NCBI GenBank assembly: GCA_032718475.1 | Contig: JAUCBJ010009005.1 | Location: 1-57,133, forward strand | Direction: 5' to 3' | DNA length: 57,133 bases | DNA from: Nemertoderma westbladi | Taxonomy: Eukaryota > Animalia > Xenacoelomorpha | In this document: piece after piece, positions 36,895-49,471 of the stretch | Numbering within the stretch: the stretch's first letter is position 1 | Layout: each line of letters opens with the position of its first letter | The notes under the pieces: model-generated | Database searches by the model: none | Told to the model about the DNA's origin: nothing | Seen by the model: only the letters and a program-made list of their open reading frames with translations | Position numbers and translations under genes: made by a program

Positions 36895-39800
36895 CATTGT
36901 TCCCCATTGTAACTCGTTTATTGCTCAGTGTTGCTCGTTGTTACTCATTATTGCTCGTTGTTGCTCAATGTTGCTCGTTGTAGCTCATTATTTCTCGTTG
37001 TTGCGCTTTGTTACTCATAGTTGCTTGTTGTTGCTAATTTTTGCTCGTTGTTGCTCAATGTTGCTCGTTGTAGCTCATTATTTCTCGTTGTTGCGCTTTG
37101 TTACTCGTAGTTGCTTGTTGTTGCTCATTTTTGCTCATTGTTGCTAGTTGCTGATTATTGTTGCTCGTTGTTCCCCATTGTTTCTCATTATTGTTGCTTA
37201 TTGGTGCTAGTTGTTGCTCATTGTTCCCCATTGTTGCTCGTTGTTGCTCATTGTTGATTGTTTTTACTCATTGTTGTTTGTTGTCGCTCATTCTTGCACG
37301 CTGTTGCTCATTGTTGCTCTTTGTTGCCCATTATTGTTGCTCGTTGTTGGTAATTGTTGTTTGTTGTTACTCGATGTTGCTCATTGTTGCTAGTTGCTGC
37401 TTATTGTTGCTAGTTGCTGCTTATTGTTGCTCGTTGCTGCTTATTGTTGCTCGTTGCTGCTTATTGTTGCTCATTGTTCCCCATTGTTGCTCGTTGTTGC
37501 TCGTTGTTGTTTGTTGTTGCTCATTGTTGTTTGTTGTTGCTCATTGTTGTTTGTTGTTGCTCGCTGTTGCTCATTGTTGCTCGATGTTGCTCGTTGTTGT
37601 TCATTGTCATTGTTGCTCGTTGTTGCTCATTGTTGCTCGTTGTTACTCATTGTCGTTTGTTGTTGCTCATTGTTGCTTGTTGTTGCTCGTAGTTGCTCAT
37701 TGTTCCCCATTGTCGCTCGTTGTAGCTCATTGTTGTTTGTTGTTGCTCATTGTTGTTTGTTGTTGCTCATTGTTGCTCGTTGTTGCTCATTGTTTCCCAT
37801 TGTAGCTCATTGTTGCTCATTGTTGCTAGTTGCTGCATATTGTTGCTCGTTTTTCCCCATTATTGTTGCTCATTATTGCTATTTGCTGCTTATTGTTGCT
37901 CGTTCTTGCTCATTGTTTCCCATTGTAGCTCATTGTTGCTAGTTGCTGCTTATTGTTGCTCGTTTTTTCCCATTATTGCCCATTATTGTTGCTCATTTTT
38001 GCTAGTTGCCGCTTATTGTTGCTCGTTGTTGCTCATTGTTGCTCGTTGTTGCTCATTGTTTCCCATTGTTGCTCATTGTTGCTAGTTGCTGCTTATTGTT
38101 GCTCGTTGTTCCCCATTATTGCCCATTATTGTTGCTCGTTATTGCTCGTTATTGCTCATTGTTGCTCGTTGTTGCTCGTTGTTGCTCGTTGTTGCTCATT
38201 GTTGCTAGTTGCTGCTTATTGTCGCTCGTTGTAGCTCATTGTTGTTTGTTGTTGCTCATTGTTGTTTGTTGTTGCTCATTGTTGCTCGCTGTTGCTCGTT
38301 GTTGCTCATTGTTTCCCATTGTAGCTCATCGTCGCTCATTGTTGCTAGTTGCTGCTTATTGTTGCTCGTTGTTCCCCATTATTGCCCATTATTGTTGCTA
38401 GTTGCTGCTTATTGTTGCTCGTTGTTGCTCATTGTTTCCCATTGTAGCTCATTGTAGCTAGTTGCTGCTTATTGTTGCTCGTTGTTCCCCATTATTGCCC
38501 ATTATTGTTGCTCATTGTTGCTAGTTGCTTCTTATTGTTGCTCGTTGTTGCTCATTGTTGCTCGTTATTGCTCATTGTTGCTAGTTGCTGCTTATTGTCG
38601 CTCGTTGTAGCTCATTGTTGTTTGTTGTTGCTCATTGTTGTTTGTTGTTGCTCATTGTTGCTCGCTGTTGCTCGTTGTTGCTCATTGTTTCCCATTGTAG
38701 CTCATTGTTGCTCATTGTTTCCCATTGTAGCTCATTGTTGCTCATTGTTGCTAGTTGCTGGTTATTGTTGCTCGTTGTTCCCCATTATTGCCCATTATTG
38801 TTGCTAGTTCTGCTTATTGTTGCTCGTTGTTGCTCGTTGTTGCTCATTGTTTCCCATTGTAGCTCATTGTTGCTCGTTCTTGCTCATTGTTTCCCATTGT
38901 AGCTCATTGTTGCTAGTTGCTGCTTATTGTTGCTCGTTTTTTCCCATTATTGCCCATTATTGTTGCTCATTTTTGCTAGTTGCCGCTTATTGTTGCTCGT
39001 TGTTGCTCATTGTTGCTCGTTGTTGCTCATTGTTTCCCATTGTAGCCCATTGTTGCTCATTGTTGCTAGTTGCTGCTTATTGTTGCTCGTTGTTCCCCAT
39101 TATTGCCCATTATTGTTGCTCGTTATTGCTCGTTATTGCTCATTGTTGCTCGTTGTTGCTCGTTGTTGCTCGTTGTTGCTCGTTGTTGCTCGTTGTTGCT
39201 CATTGTTGCTAGTTGCTGCTTATTGTCGCTCGTTGTAGCTCATTGTTGTTTGTTGTTGCTCATTGTTGTTTGTTGTTGCTCATTGTTGCTCGCTGTTGCT
39301 CGTTGTTGCTCATTGTTTCCCATTGTAGCTCATCGTCGCTCATTGTTGCTAGTTGCTGCTTATTGTTGCTCGTTGTTCCCCATTATTGCCCATTATTGTT
39401 GCTAGTTGCTGCTTATTGTTGCTCGTTGTTGCTCATTGTTTCCCATTGTAGCTCATTGTAGCTAGTTGCTGCTTATTGTTGCTCGTTGTTCCCCATTATT
39501 GCCCATTATTGTTGCTCATTGTTGCTAGTTGCTGCTTATTGTCGCTCGTTGTAGCTCATTGTTGTTTGTTGTTGCTCATTGTTGTTTGTTGTTGCTCAAT
39601 GTTGCTCGCTGTTGCTCGTTGTTGCTCATTGTTTCCCATTGTAGCTCATTGTTGCTCATTGTTTCCCATTGTAGCTCATTGTTGCTCATTGTTGCTAGTT
39701 GCTGCTTATTGTTGCTCGTTGTTCCCCATTATTGCCCATTATTGTTGCTAGTTCTGCTTATTGTTGCTCGTTGTTGCTCGTTGTTGCTCATTGTTTCCCA

Positions 39801-40197
39801 TTGTAGCTCATTGTGGCTAGTTGCTGCTTATTGTTGCTCGTTGTTGCTCATTGTTTCCCATTGTAGCTCATTGTGGCTAGTTGCTGCTTATTCTTGCTCG
39901 TTGTTGCTCATTGTTTCCCATTGTAGCTCATTGTGGCTAGTTGCTGCTTATTGTTGCTCGTTGTTCCCCATTATTGCCCATTATTGTTGCTCATTGTTGC
40001 TAGTTGCTTCTTATTGTTGCTCGTTGTTGCTCATTGTTGCTCGTTGTTGCATGTTGGTGTTAATTGTTGTACTTTATTATTATTGCTCGTTGTTTCTCAT
40101 TGTTGCTAGTTGTTGCTTGTTGTTGCTTGTTGTTGCTTGTTGTTCCCTATTGTTGCTCATTGGTGCTAGTTGTTGCTCATTGTTGTTCGTTGCTCAA
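36895..40197. repeat. Degenerate decamer satellite TTGTTGCTC(A/G) with ~1-kb higher-order duplication
   Basis: Units TTGTTGCTCA/TTGTTGCTCG/TTGTTGCTAG/TTGCTGCTTA/TTGTTTCCCA. Identical translated blocks at 38209-38457 and 39213-39461 (offset 1004). Confidence 0.95.
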
Positions 40198-40845
40198 TGA
40201 GCATTTAACACCTACCGTAGGTACTACCCTTAACTACGCGTAGGTGCTACCCATAACTAAGCTTATACAACGTTTATCATTAGTACATATTCCAAGCGGT
40301 CATTACTAAAATAAGATAATATGTTCAATAGACCACATGTACAATGTAAACACCAAGGTCACCTTGGTACATACCCAACAAATTCTATCAACAGAAATAG
40401 GTTGATGGTTCTGATCGATTCCCTCTCCATTACCAGTATTGTGTTTGTTCACGAGAGGGCAGTGTGCTAAGGTTAACCGGCGTTGACAAGTGTGAGGGGA
40501 AGGCTAATTATTGTGTACCATATGATGCACTTGTTGTTTTTACGAAACAATTAATTACATTATCAGCTTTCGTTTAACCAAATCTATGTATAGGATAGGG
40601 TAAATTATATGTACTGTATTGCACTAAAGCTGTTGCTGTATTCTCAGATTGTACCATGGATAGTTGTGCCATAGCAATAACCCATACATACAGCTGATAC
40701 ACCCCCTAGTTTGGGGAGTTTATTATAGAATAAGTCAATAAGTTGTACTTGGAATTCCTTCATAAACTTCATAACAGGCGCAATGAAACCGCAATAGGCG
40801 CAATGGTCGATATAGTCTGTTAGTGGGTGTTACAGTCACAAACTT

Positions 40846-43800
40846 GTGACGGGATATGTGTTGGTGACGGGATCCGTGTTGGTGATGGGATCCGTGTGGT
40901 GACGGGATCCGTGTAGGTGACGGGATCCGTGTTGGTGACGGGATCCGTGTTGGTGACGGGATCCGTGTTGGTGATGGGATCCGTGTTGGTGACGGGATCC
41001 GTGTTGGTGATGGGATCCGTGTGGTGACGGGATCCGTGTAGGTGACGGGATCCGTGTTGGTGACGGGATCCGTGTTGGTGACGGGATCCGTGTTGGTGAC
41101 GGGATCCGTGTTGGTGACGGGATCCGTGTTGGTGATGGGATCCGTGTGGTGACGGGATCCGTGTAGGTGACGGGATCCGTGTTGGTGACGGGATCCGTGT
41201 TGGTGACGGGATCCGTGTTGGTGACGGGATCCGTGTTGGTGACGGGATCCGTGTTGGTGATGGGATCCGTGTGGTGACGGGATCCGTGTAGGTGACGGGA
41301 TCCGTGTTGGTGACGGGATCCGTGTTGGTGACGGGATCCGTGTTGGTGACGGGATCCGTGTTGGTGATGGGATCCGTGTGGTGACGGGATCCGTGTAGGT
41401 GACGGGATCCGTGTAGGTGACGGGATCCGTGTTGGTGACGGGATCCGTGTTGGTGACGGGATCCGTGTTGGTGATGGGATCCGTGTGGTGACGGGATCCG
41501 TGTAGGTGACGGGATCCGTGTTGGTGACGGGATCCGTGTTGGTGACGGGATCCGTGTTGGTGACGGGATCCGTGTTGGTGACGGGATCCGTGTTGGTGAC
41601 GGGATCCGTGTTGGTGATGGGATCCGTGTTGGTGACGGGATCCGTGTTGGTGACGGGATCCGTGTTGGTGACGGGATCCGTGTTGGTGACGGGATCCGTG
41701 TTGGTGACGGGATCCGTGTTGGTGACGGGATCCGTGTTGGTGATGGGATCCGTGTGGTAACGGGATCCGTGTAGGTGACGGGATCCGTGTTGGTGACGGG
41801 ATCTGTGTGGTGACGGGATCCGTGTTGGTGACGGGATCCGTGTTGGTGACGGGATCCGTGTTGGTGATGGGATCCGTGTGGTGACGGGATCCGTGTAGGT
41901 GACGGGATCCGTGTTGGTGACGGGATCCGTGTTGGTGACGGGATCCGTGTTGGTGACGGGATCCGTGTTGGTGACGGGATCCGTGTTGGTGATGGGATCC
42001 GTGTGGTGACGGGATCCGTGTAGGTGACGGGATCCGTGTTGGTGACGGGATCCGTGTTGGTGACGGGATCCGTGTTGGTGACGGGATCCGTGTTGGTGAC
42101 GGGATCCGTGTTGGTGATGGGATCCGTGTGGTGACGGGATCCGTGTAGGTGACGGGATCCGTGTAGGTGACGGGATCCGTGTTGGTGACGGGATCCGTGT
42201 TGGTGACGGGATCCGTGTTGGTGATGGGATCCGTGTGGTGACGGGATCCGTGTAGGTGACGGGATCCGTGTTGGTGACGGGATCCGTGTTGGTGACGGGA
42301 TCCGTGTTGGTGACGGGATCCGTGTTGGTGACGGGATCCGTGTTGGTGATGGGATCCGTGTTGGTGACGGGATCCGTGTTGGTGACGGGATCCGTGTTGG
42401 TGACGGGATCCGTATTGGAGACGGGATCCGTGTTGGTGACGGGATCCGTGTTGGTGACGGGATCCGTGTTGGTGATGGGATCCGTGTTGGTGACGGGATC
42501 CGTGTTGGTGACGGGATCCGTGTTGGTGACGGGATCCGTGTTGGTGACGGGATCCGTATTGGAGACGGGATCCGTGTTGGTGACGGGATCCGTGTTGGTG
42601 ACGGGATCCGTGTTGGTGATGGGATCCGTGTTGGTGACGGGATCCGTGTTGGTGACGGGATCCGTGTTGGTGACGGGATCCGTGTTGGTGACGGGATCCG
42701 TGTTGGTGATGGGATCCGTGTTGGTGACGGGATCCGTGTTGGTGACGGGATCCGTGTTGGTGACGGGATCCGTGTTGGTGACGGGATCCGTGTTGGTGAC
42801 GGGATCCGTGTTGGTGACGGGATCCGTGTTGGTGACGGGATCCGTGTTGGTGACGGGATCCGTGTTGGTGACGGGATCCGTGTTGGTGACGGGATCCGTG
42901 TTGGTGACGGGATCCGTGTTGGTGACGGGATCCGTGTTGGTGACGGGATCCGTGTTGGTGATGGGATCCGTGTTGGTGACGGGATCCGTGTTGGTGACGG
43001 GATCCGTGTTGGTGACGGGATCCGTATTGGAGACGGGATCCGTGTTGGTGACGGGATCCGTGTTGGTGACGGGATCCGTGTTGGTGATGGGATCCGTGTT
43101 GGTGACGGGATCCGTGTTGGTGACGGGATCCGTGTTGGTGACGGGATCCGTGTTGGTGACGGGATCCGTATTGGAGACGGGATCCGTGTTGGTGACGGGA
43201 TCCGTGTTGGTGACGGGATCCGTGTTGGTGATGGGATCCGTGTTGGTGACGGGATCCGTGTTGGTGACGGGATCCGTGTTGGTGACGGGATCCGTGTTGG
43301 TGACGGGATCCGTGTTGGTGATGGGATCCGTGTTGGTGACGGGATCCGTGTTGGTGACGGGATCCGTGTTGGTGACGGGATCCGTGTTGGTGACGGGATC
43401 CGTGTTGGTGACGGGATCCGTGTTGGTGACGGGATCCGTGTTGGTGACGGGATCCGTGTTGGTGACGGGATCCGTGTTGGTGACGGGATCCGTGTTGGTG
43501 ACGGGATCCGTGTTGGTGACGGGATCCGTGTTGGTGACGGGATCCGTGTTGGTGACGGGATCCGTGTTGGTGACGGGATCCGTGTTGGTGACGGGATCCG
43601 TGTTGGTGACGGGATCCGTGTTGGTGATGGGATCCGTGTGGTGACGGGATCCGTGTTGGTGATGGGATCCGTGTGGTGACGGGATCCGTGTAGGTGACGG
43701 GATCCGTGTAGGTGACGGGATCCGTGTAGGTGACGGGATCCGTGTAGGTGACGGGATCCGTGTTGGTGACGGGATCCGTGTTGGTGACGGGATCCGTGTT

Positions 43801-45308
43801 GGTGACGGGATCCGTGTTGGTGACGGGATCCGTGTTGGTGACGGGATCCGTGTTGGTGACGGGATCCGTGTTGGTGACGGGATCCGTGTTGGTGACGGGA
43901 TCCGTGTTGGTGACGGGATCCGTGTTGGTGACGGGATCCGTGTTGGTGACGGGATCCGTGATGGTGACGGGATCCGTGTTGGTGACGGGATCCGTGTTGG
44001 TGACGGGATCCGTGTTGGTGACGGGATCCGTGTTGGTGACGGGATCCTTGTTGGTGACGGGATCCGTTTTGGTGACGGGATCCGTGTTGGTGACGGGATC
44101 TGTGTTGGTGACGGGATCCGTGTTGGTGACGGGATCCGTGTTGGTGATGGGATCCGTGTTGGTGACGGGATCCGTGTTGGTGACGGGATCCGTGTTGGTG
44201 ACGGGATCCGTGTTGGTGACGGGATCCGTATTGGAGACGGGATCCGTGTTTTTGACGGGATCCGTGTTGGTGACGGGATCCGTGTGGTGACGGGATCTGT
44301 GTTGGTGACGGGATCCGTGTTGGTGACGGGATCCGTGTTGGTGACGGGATCCGTGTTGGTGACGGGATCCGTGTTGGTGACGGGATCCGTGTTGGTGACG
44401 GGATCCGTGTTGGTGAAGGGATCCGTGTTGGTGACGGGATATGTGTTGGTGACGGGATCCGTGTTGGTGATGGGATCCGTGTTGGTGACGGGATCCGTGT
44501 TGGTGACGGGATCCGTGTTGGTGACGGGATCCGTGTTGGTGACGGGATCCGTGTTGGTGACGGGATCCGTGTTGGTGATGGGATCCGTGTTGGTGATGGG
44601 ATCCGTGTTGGTGACGGGATCCGTGTTGGTGACGGGATCCGTGTTGGTGACGGGATCCGTGTTGGTGATGGGATCCGTTTTGGTGACGGGATCCGTGTTG
44701 GTGACGGGATCCGTGTTGGTGACGGGATCCGTGTTGGTGACGGGATCCGTGTTGGTGACGGGATCCGTGTTGGTGACGGGATCCGTGTTGGTGACGGGAT
44801 CCGTGTTGGTGACGGGATCCGTATTGGTGACGGGATCCGTGTTGGTGACGGGATCCGTGTTGGTGACGGGATCCGTGTTGGTGACGGGATCCGTGTTGGT
44901 GACGGGATCCGTGTTGGTGATGGGATCCGTGTTGGTGACCGGATCCGTGTTGGTGACGGGATCCGTGTTGGTGACGGGATCCGTGTTGGTGACGGGATCC
45001 GTGTTGGTGACGGGATCCGTGTTGGTGACGGGATCCGTGTTGGTGACGGGATCCGTGTTGGTGACGGGATCCGTGTTGGTGACGGGATCCGTGTTGGTGA
45101 CGGGATCCGTGTTGGTGACGGGATCCGTGTTGGTGACGGGATCCGTGTTGGTGATGGGATCCGTGTGGTGACGGGATCCGTGTTGGTGACGGGATCCGTG
45201 TTGGTGACGGGATCCGTGTTGGTGATGGGATCCGTGTTGGTGACGGGATCCGTGTTGGTGACGGGATCCGTGTCGGTGACGGGATCCGTGTTGGTGACGG
45301 GATCCGTG
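40846..45308. repeat. 18-bp minisatellite GTGTTGGTGACGGGATCC, ~250 copies, with 17-bp variants
   Basis: Highly homogeneous tandem copies, nearly all with a BamHI site inside the quasi-palindrome ACGG-GAT-CCGT. Confidence 0.99.
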
Positions 45309-45826
45309 ATGGCCCCGGATCCCGACCGTTCGACTTTGTAGTGAGGTGGTTTCTCACGCGCTTCCGCCCGGCTGATGCCTTGGTGATGAACTAGCTATGG
45401 CCGTAGGGCCGGTAATAACAACTAGAGTTTCGTTTATCTTAGTGTTAATGGTCTTAACTGATTGCACGATTACTGGTACCCTATGTACAGTAGGTGTACT
45501 AGCGCAGTGGCAGCGGTACAAAACTATGCCCTCACTGTGAGTGTTATTGCCAACTAACTGCTAATACAGAATTTAGTTTGGATATACATGACGAAATGGC
45601 GGCCATTAGGCCAACGCACCAATGCTTGCCTATGGGTTGATACAAATCTTACAAATCACGCCACATAGCTATCCCTTGGGCTGTGTTGGCCCTTGGCCTA
45701 CTGGAGGTGGACTAATTGGTCCACCTACCAACTCGCCCTTCCCTACTTCCCTAGCTACATCATCTCTCGTTTCTCATGCTTACTGTACATGTCGACTTTC
45801 GAACAATATTGGTAAATTGGTTCCCC

Positions 45827-45868
45827 CCCTGCAGGATCTAAGTTCGTTTTACCATGCAGTACTGGTAC
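45827..45868. repeat. 42-bp perfect inverted repeat, partner at 49472-49513
   Basis: CCCTGCAGGATCTAAGTTCGTTTTACCATGCAGTACTGGTAC is the exact reverse complement of 49472-49513. Confidence 0.9.
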
Positions 45869-45938
45869 GAAATAAATACATAAATATGAATATATATATA
45901 TTCGGAAACAGTTTTTGATGAGGGAAATCTTAATAGAA

Positions 45939-46114
45939 TAATGAACGATATCGCCAAAGAAATAATTTTCCACTTCATTTCATCTTCATTTCATTTCTTC
46001 ACTTCATTTCCACTTCATTTTCCACTTATTATGTATTATGTATTTGTTATTGTTTAATTTAATATTAATTTGAAATGAAGTGGAAAATTATTTCTTTGGC
46101 GATATCGTTCATTA
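45939..46114. mobile_element. Small MITE with 44-bp perfect inverted repeat including TA ends (Tc1/mariner-like target)
   Basis: TAATGAACGATATCGCCAAAGAAATAATTTTCCACTTCATTTCA (45939-45982) is the reverse complement of 46071-46114. Confidence 0.8.
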
Positions 46115-46124
46115 ATATATATAT

Positions 46125-49100
46125 ATATATAAAATTGAAAAAGTTAGGTTGAGTTTCAAATCATAGTTTGTCCATTAAAATATATTATGTAAATAAATAA
46201 AAAATAAATAAATAACTCGAATAAATCAATGTTCAGTATATTAATGTAAACTATAATTAAAAAAAAAAAAAAAAAAAAAAACAGCCAGTTTATTGTCAAT
46301 AGAATGGTTCCTTCATCGGTGTTATTTGGAAGGCTGTTAATAAATTCTTTGGTGTCCCTTAAATAGCTTGGTGTGGATCGTACGATAGGTTTAAAAATAT
46401 CATCCATCAACTCCGACAAGCATGAAGTTGGGGAATCTATGTTGGCGATGATGGGTCGCGATGACAGGTCACTAGGGAAACTAGTTTCTAGAACACCACC
46501 TAAGGCGACTTATGGGGTCGGATTTGTGAATTTTGGGAAGGACATGAATGTACCTTGATTTGGGTTTGAAGTTTGTGAGGTAAAAATATTCTTGTCTTGT
46601 AAGTGATTTTTTGTGTATGGTGCAAAGGTCCTTAACCCGGCGGCTTGTCTCTATGTCGTTTTGTGCTGAGGCAGTTTCATAAGTGTTGGTATCGGATAGG
46701 TGTTGATCCACCAGTTGTTCGTATTGATTGTTGGTGAGAATGCAGATAGCTCCACCTTTATCCGCGTTGCAAATATATATGTTGTCACTTTGATGGAGTT
46801 TAATTAAAGCGTGGAGATCAGTATTCAAGTTCTTCTCAATGTTAGGTTTAATGGTTGGTTCGATGGAGCTTAGAAGGTCGTGAAAATGATCGACGGTCTG
46901 GTTCTGGCCTCGGGGTACTGAAGATTGTATAAGTTTACTGTAAACAAGAGATTTGGTTGCAGTTACGGAAATAGTGTTTTCGTCAGTTTCATTTTTATGG
47001 ATCCCAGACACATTTTCATATTAGTTCGAATTAGCGTTGGGATTAGCAGGGCCACATAAAACAATATTACAAATTCTTTGGCTTAAAATTTGTATGGCAT
47101 TGGGTCTAGGGGTTGGTGTGAAATTGAGTCCAAGTTTTAACAGTTTCGTTTGATTGGTCGTCAATTTGGTGCCAGAGAAATTAATAACATTGAGAGGTCT
47201 GTAATTACTGCTCTGTAAAGAAGCTAGTCATTGTGGGTTCAGTGGGATTTGATGTCCTAATTGGGTGTTGCGAGTGGGACGTTGAGGGCCTGTGTTGCGG
47301 CTGTATCGAGTAGTGCTGTTGTTCCATGATGGTTGAGGTCGTTGTTGAGAGGGGTCCCGACTTTGTGAGCGAAATATATTAGTTGTATTCTGATTGTTAT
47401 ATGGTTGTCGTCCCCTCTGTTGGTTCATTCTAGCAGGCTGTTCGAAATTGTCTGGGCCAATATTTTCCACATGGGAAAAACGGTTGTTGGTATTGGTTCT
47501 AGCCTGATTCTGTCTGTTTTGGTCTGGCCTCCTGTTAGCCTCTGAGAGATTGTTCTCTCTGGTGCCCTGTCTTTTGTAGTTTCTTGGGTCCGGCCTGATA
47601 AAAACAAAGTTGTTCGAAGATGTGGTGGGCTTTTCCCTTGTTTTCCCCGGGGTATTCAGAAGTGACATGTGTTTCGCCGATCTGTAGAATTCTTTACCGC
47701 GATTCCACCGTTCATCATTTTAGTTTTTCCGGATCTCCAGCACCTTTTCCCATATTGCTTGCAGATTTTGTGTTGCTATAGGATTCCCGGATGTCTTGAA
47801 CAGCTCATTACTCTGGGTTATAATGTTATATAATTTGGTTTCTTGTGCATGGCTTGTGCAGCGGAGGCCTGCGATATCGGCCTTTCCCTTTCTTTGGTTA
47901 GGTTCATTCGGACTGTTGTTTTATGTTCGTCTTCACCAGGAATCGCTTTATGCATGAGCTTGTTCAGGACGGATGGCTCCTCGGCATTCAAGCATTCCTC
48001 GTAGGTGTCGGCAATGTTGGTGTCTCGGATCTGGAACCAGTATTGTTTGGACCAGTCGTTCATTTAGTGGGAAATAAGTTGATCGTTTTTGTCCCAGAAA
48101 GCTTTTGTTATTTCGTTTGGATTATGGATTGCGTTGTCTTCCTCTGAGTTGTCGTCTATTTGGATGACGTCATTGTTTGAGTTGCTGCTTGGTTTCGTGC
48201 TTTGGCTAATGATATTGTCAAGTTTTGTTCCAAGGTTGTCGTTTAGTTGGTTAATGGCTTGTGACAATTGATTATTTGCCTGAATGTTTTGGTTGGCCAT
48301 TGTTCTTAGTTCGATACACTCCTTCTCAATTTCAATGCATTTATTAAGTATTGGGCGGAGATGTCCATCTAATGAGGGAATTAAATCGAGTAATTTTGAA
48401 GTCAATTCGATCTGTAGAGATGGTTCGGATTGTGATTGGGTAGTAGACCTCGTGGAACGTTTCAAGTTTCAAGTTTATTCAAGTTATGTCACGTCTGTTG
48501 ACTGATTGTATGTCTTCATTGAATGTTTTTAAATAGTTTCTCAGATCGTTTATCGAGGTTGCGAGGGAGCTCATGGCGAGAGTCAGGCAATATATAGGAA
48601 GTAAGGGCTGGTATAGTTCTTTGTAGCTGGTCTCTCGGTAGATATATAAAATTGAAAAAGTTAGGTTGAGTTCCAAATCATAGTTTGTCCATTAAAATAT
48701 ATTATGTAAATAAATAAAAAATTAATAAATAACTCGAATAAATCAATGTTCAGTATATTAATGTAAACTATAATTAAAAAAACAGCCAGTTTATTGTCAA
48801 TAGAGAGGTTCCTTCATCGGTGTTATTTGGAAGGCTGTTAATAAATTCTTTGGTGTCCCTTAAATAGCTTGGTGTGGATCGTACTAACAACTCGGACAAG
48901 CGTGAAGTTGGGGAATCTATGTTGGCGACGATGGTTCGCGATGACAGGTCACTAGGGAAACTTGTTTCTAGAACACCATCTTCAACTGTGTCGCTAAGGC
49001 GACTTATGGTGTCGGATTTGTGAATTTTGGGAAGGACATGGATGTACCTTGATTTGGGTTTGAAGTTTGTTGCGAGGTAAAAATATTCTTGTCTGGTAAG

Positions 49101-49286
49101 TGATTTTTTGTGTATGGTGCAAAGGTCCTTAACCCGGCGGCTTGTCTCTATGTCGTTTTGTGCTGAGGCAGTTTCATAAGTGTTGGTATCGGATAGGTGT
49201 TGATCCACCAGTTGTTCGTATTGATTGTTGGTGAGAATGCAGATAGCTCCACCTTTATCCGCGTTGCAAATATATATGTTGTCACT
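46125..49286 (-). mobile_element. Degenerate Penelope-like retroelement, partial tandem (2517-bp unit; direct repeats 46125-46789 and 48642-49286), RT truncated
   Basis: Penelope motifs NVINFSGTKLT...LLKLGLNFTPTP (~47102-47192), ADKGGAICIL, LPKIHK, RPIIANIDSPT, PSYLRDTKEFI. Broken by frameshifts; no catalytic DD motif or GIY-YIG domain seen. Confidence 0.88.
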
Positions 49287-49471
49287 ATAAAGCCCTAACT
49301 ATCCCCTAACTGCAATTAGGTCATTGGTTGTCGAAAAATGTCATAATTTTTATATGAAATTGTAGGTTTTGTAAGGTTTTATTCAATTAAAGAAAAAAAC
49401 CGAATTTGTTTTTTTAATTACTGTACTGAAGGTTATACTTTTAACCATCCCTGACAGCAGTATTCCGTATA

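Noticed and set aside
36938-40200. Cys/Leu-rich membrane-like proteins
   Set aside because: Overlapping ORFs in all three frames with TTG starts; a by-product of the 10-bp TTG-rich unit.
40735-45357. 1540-aa filaggrin/mucin-like gene and VTGSVL ORFs as CDS calls
   Set aside because: GTG start, no signal peptide or domain, and indels switch frames freely; kept only as a low-level finding.
48430-48530. Hammerhead ribozyme in the Penelope unit (minus TGAAGAC...GTC...GAAACGT)
   Set aside because: CUGANGA core incomplete and stems not supportable by eye; needs a covariance-model search.
49290-49312. Telomeric repeat addition at the Penelope 5' junction
   Set aside because: Only two separated CCCTAA hexamers, and the orientation does not fit capping of a 5'-truncated end.
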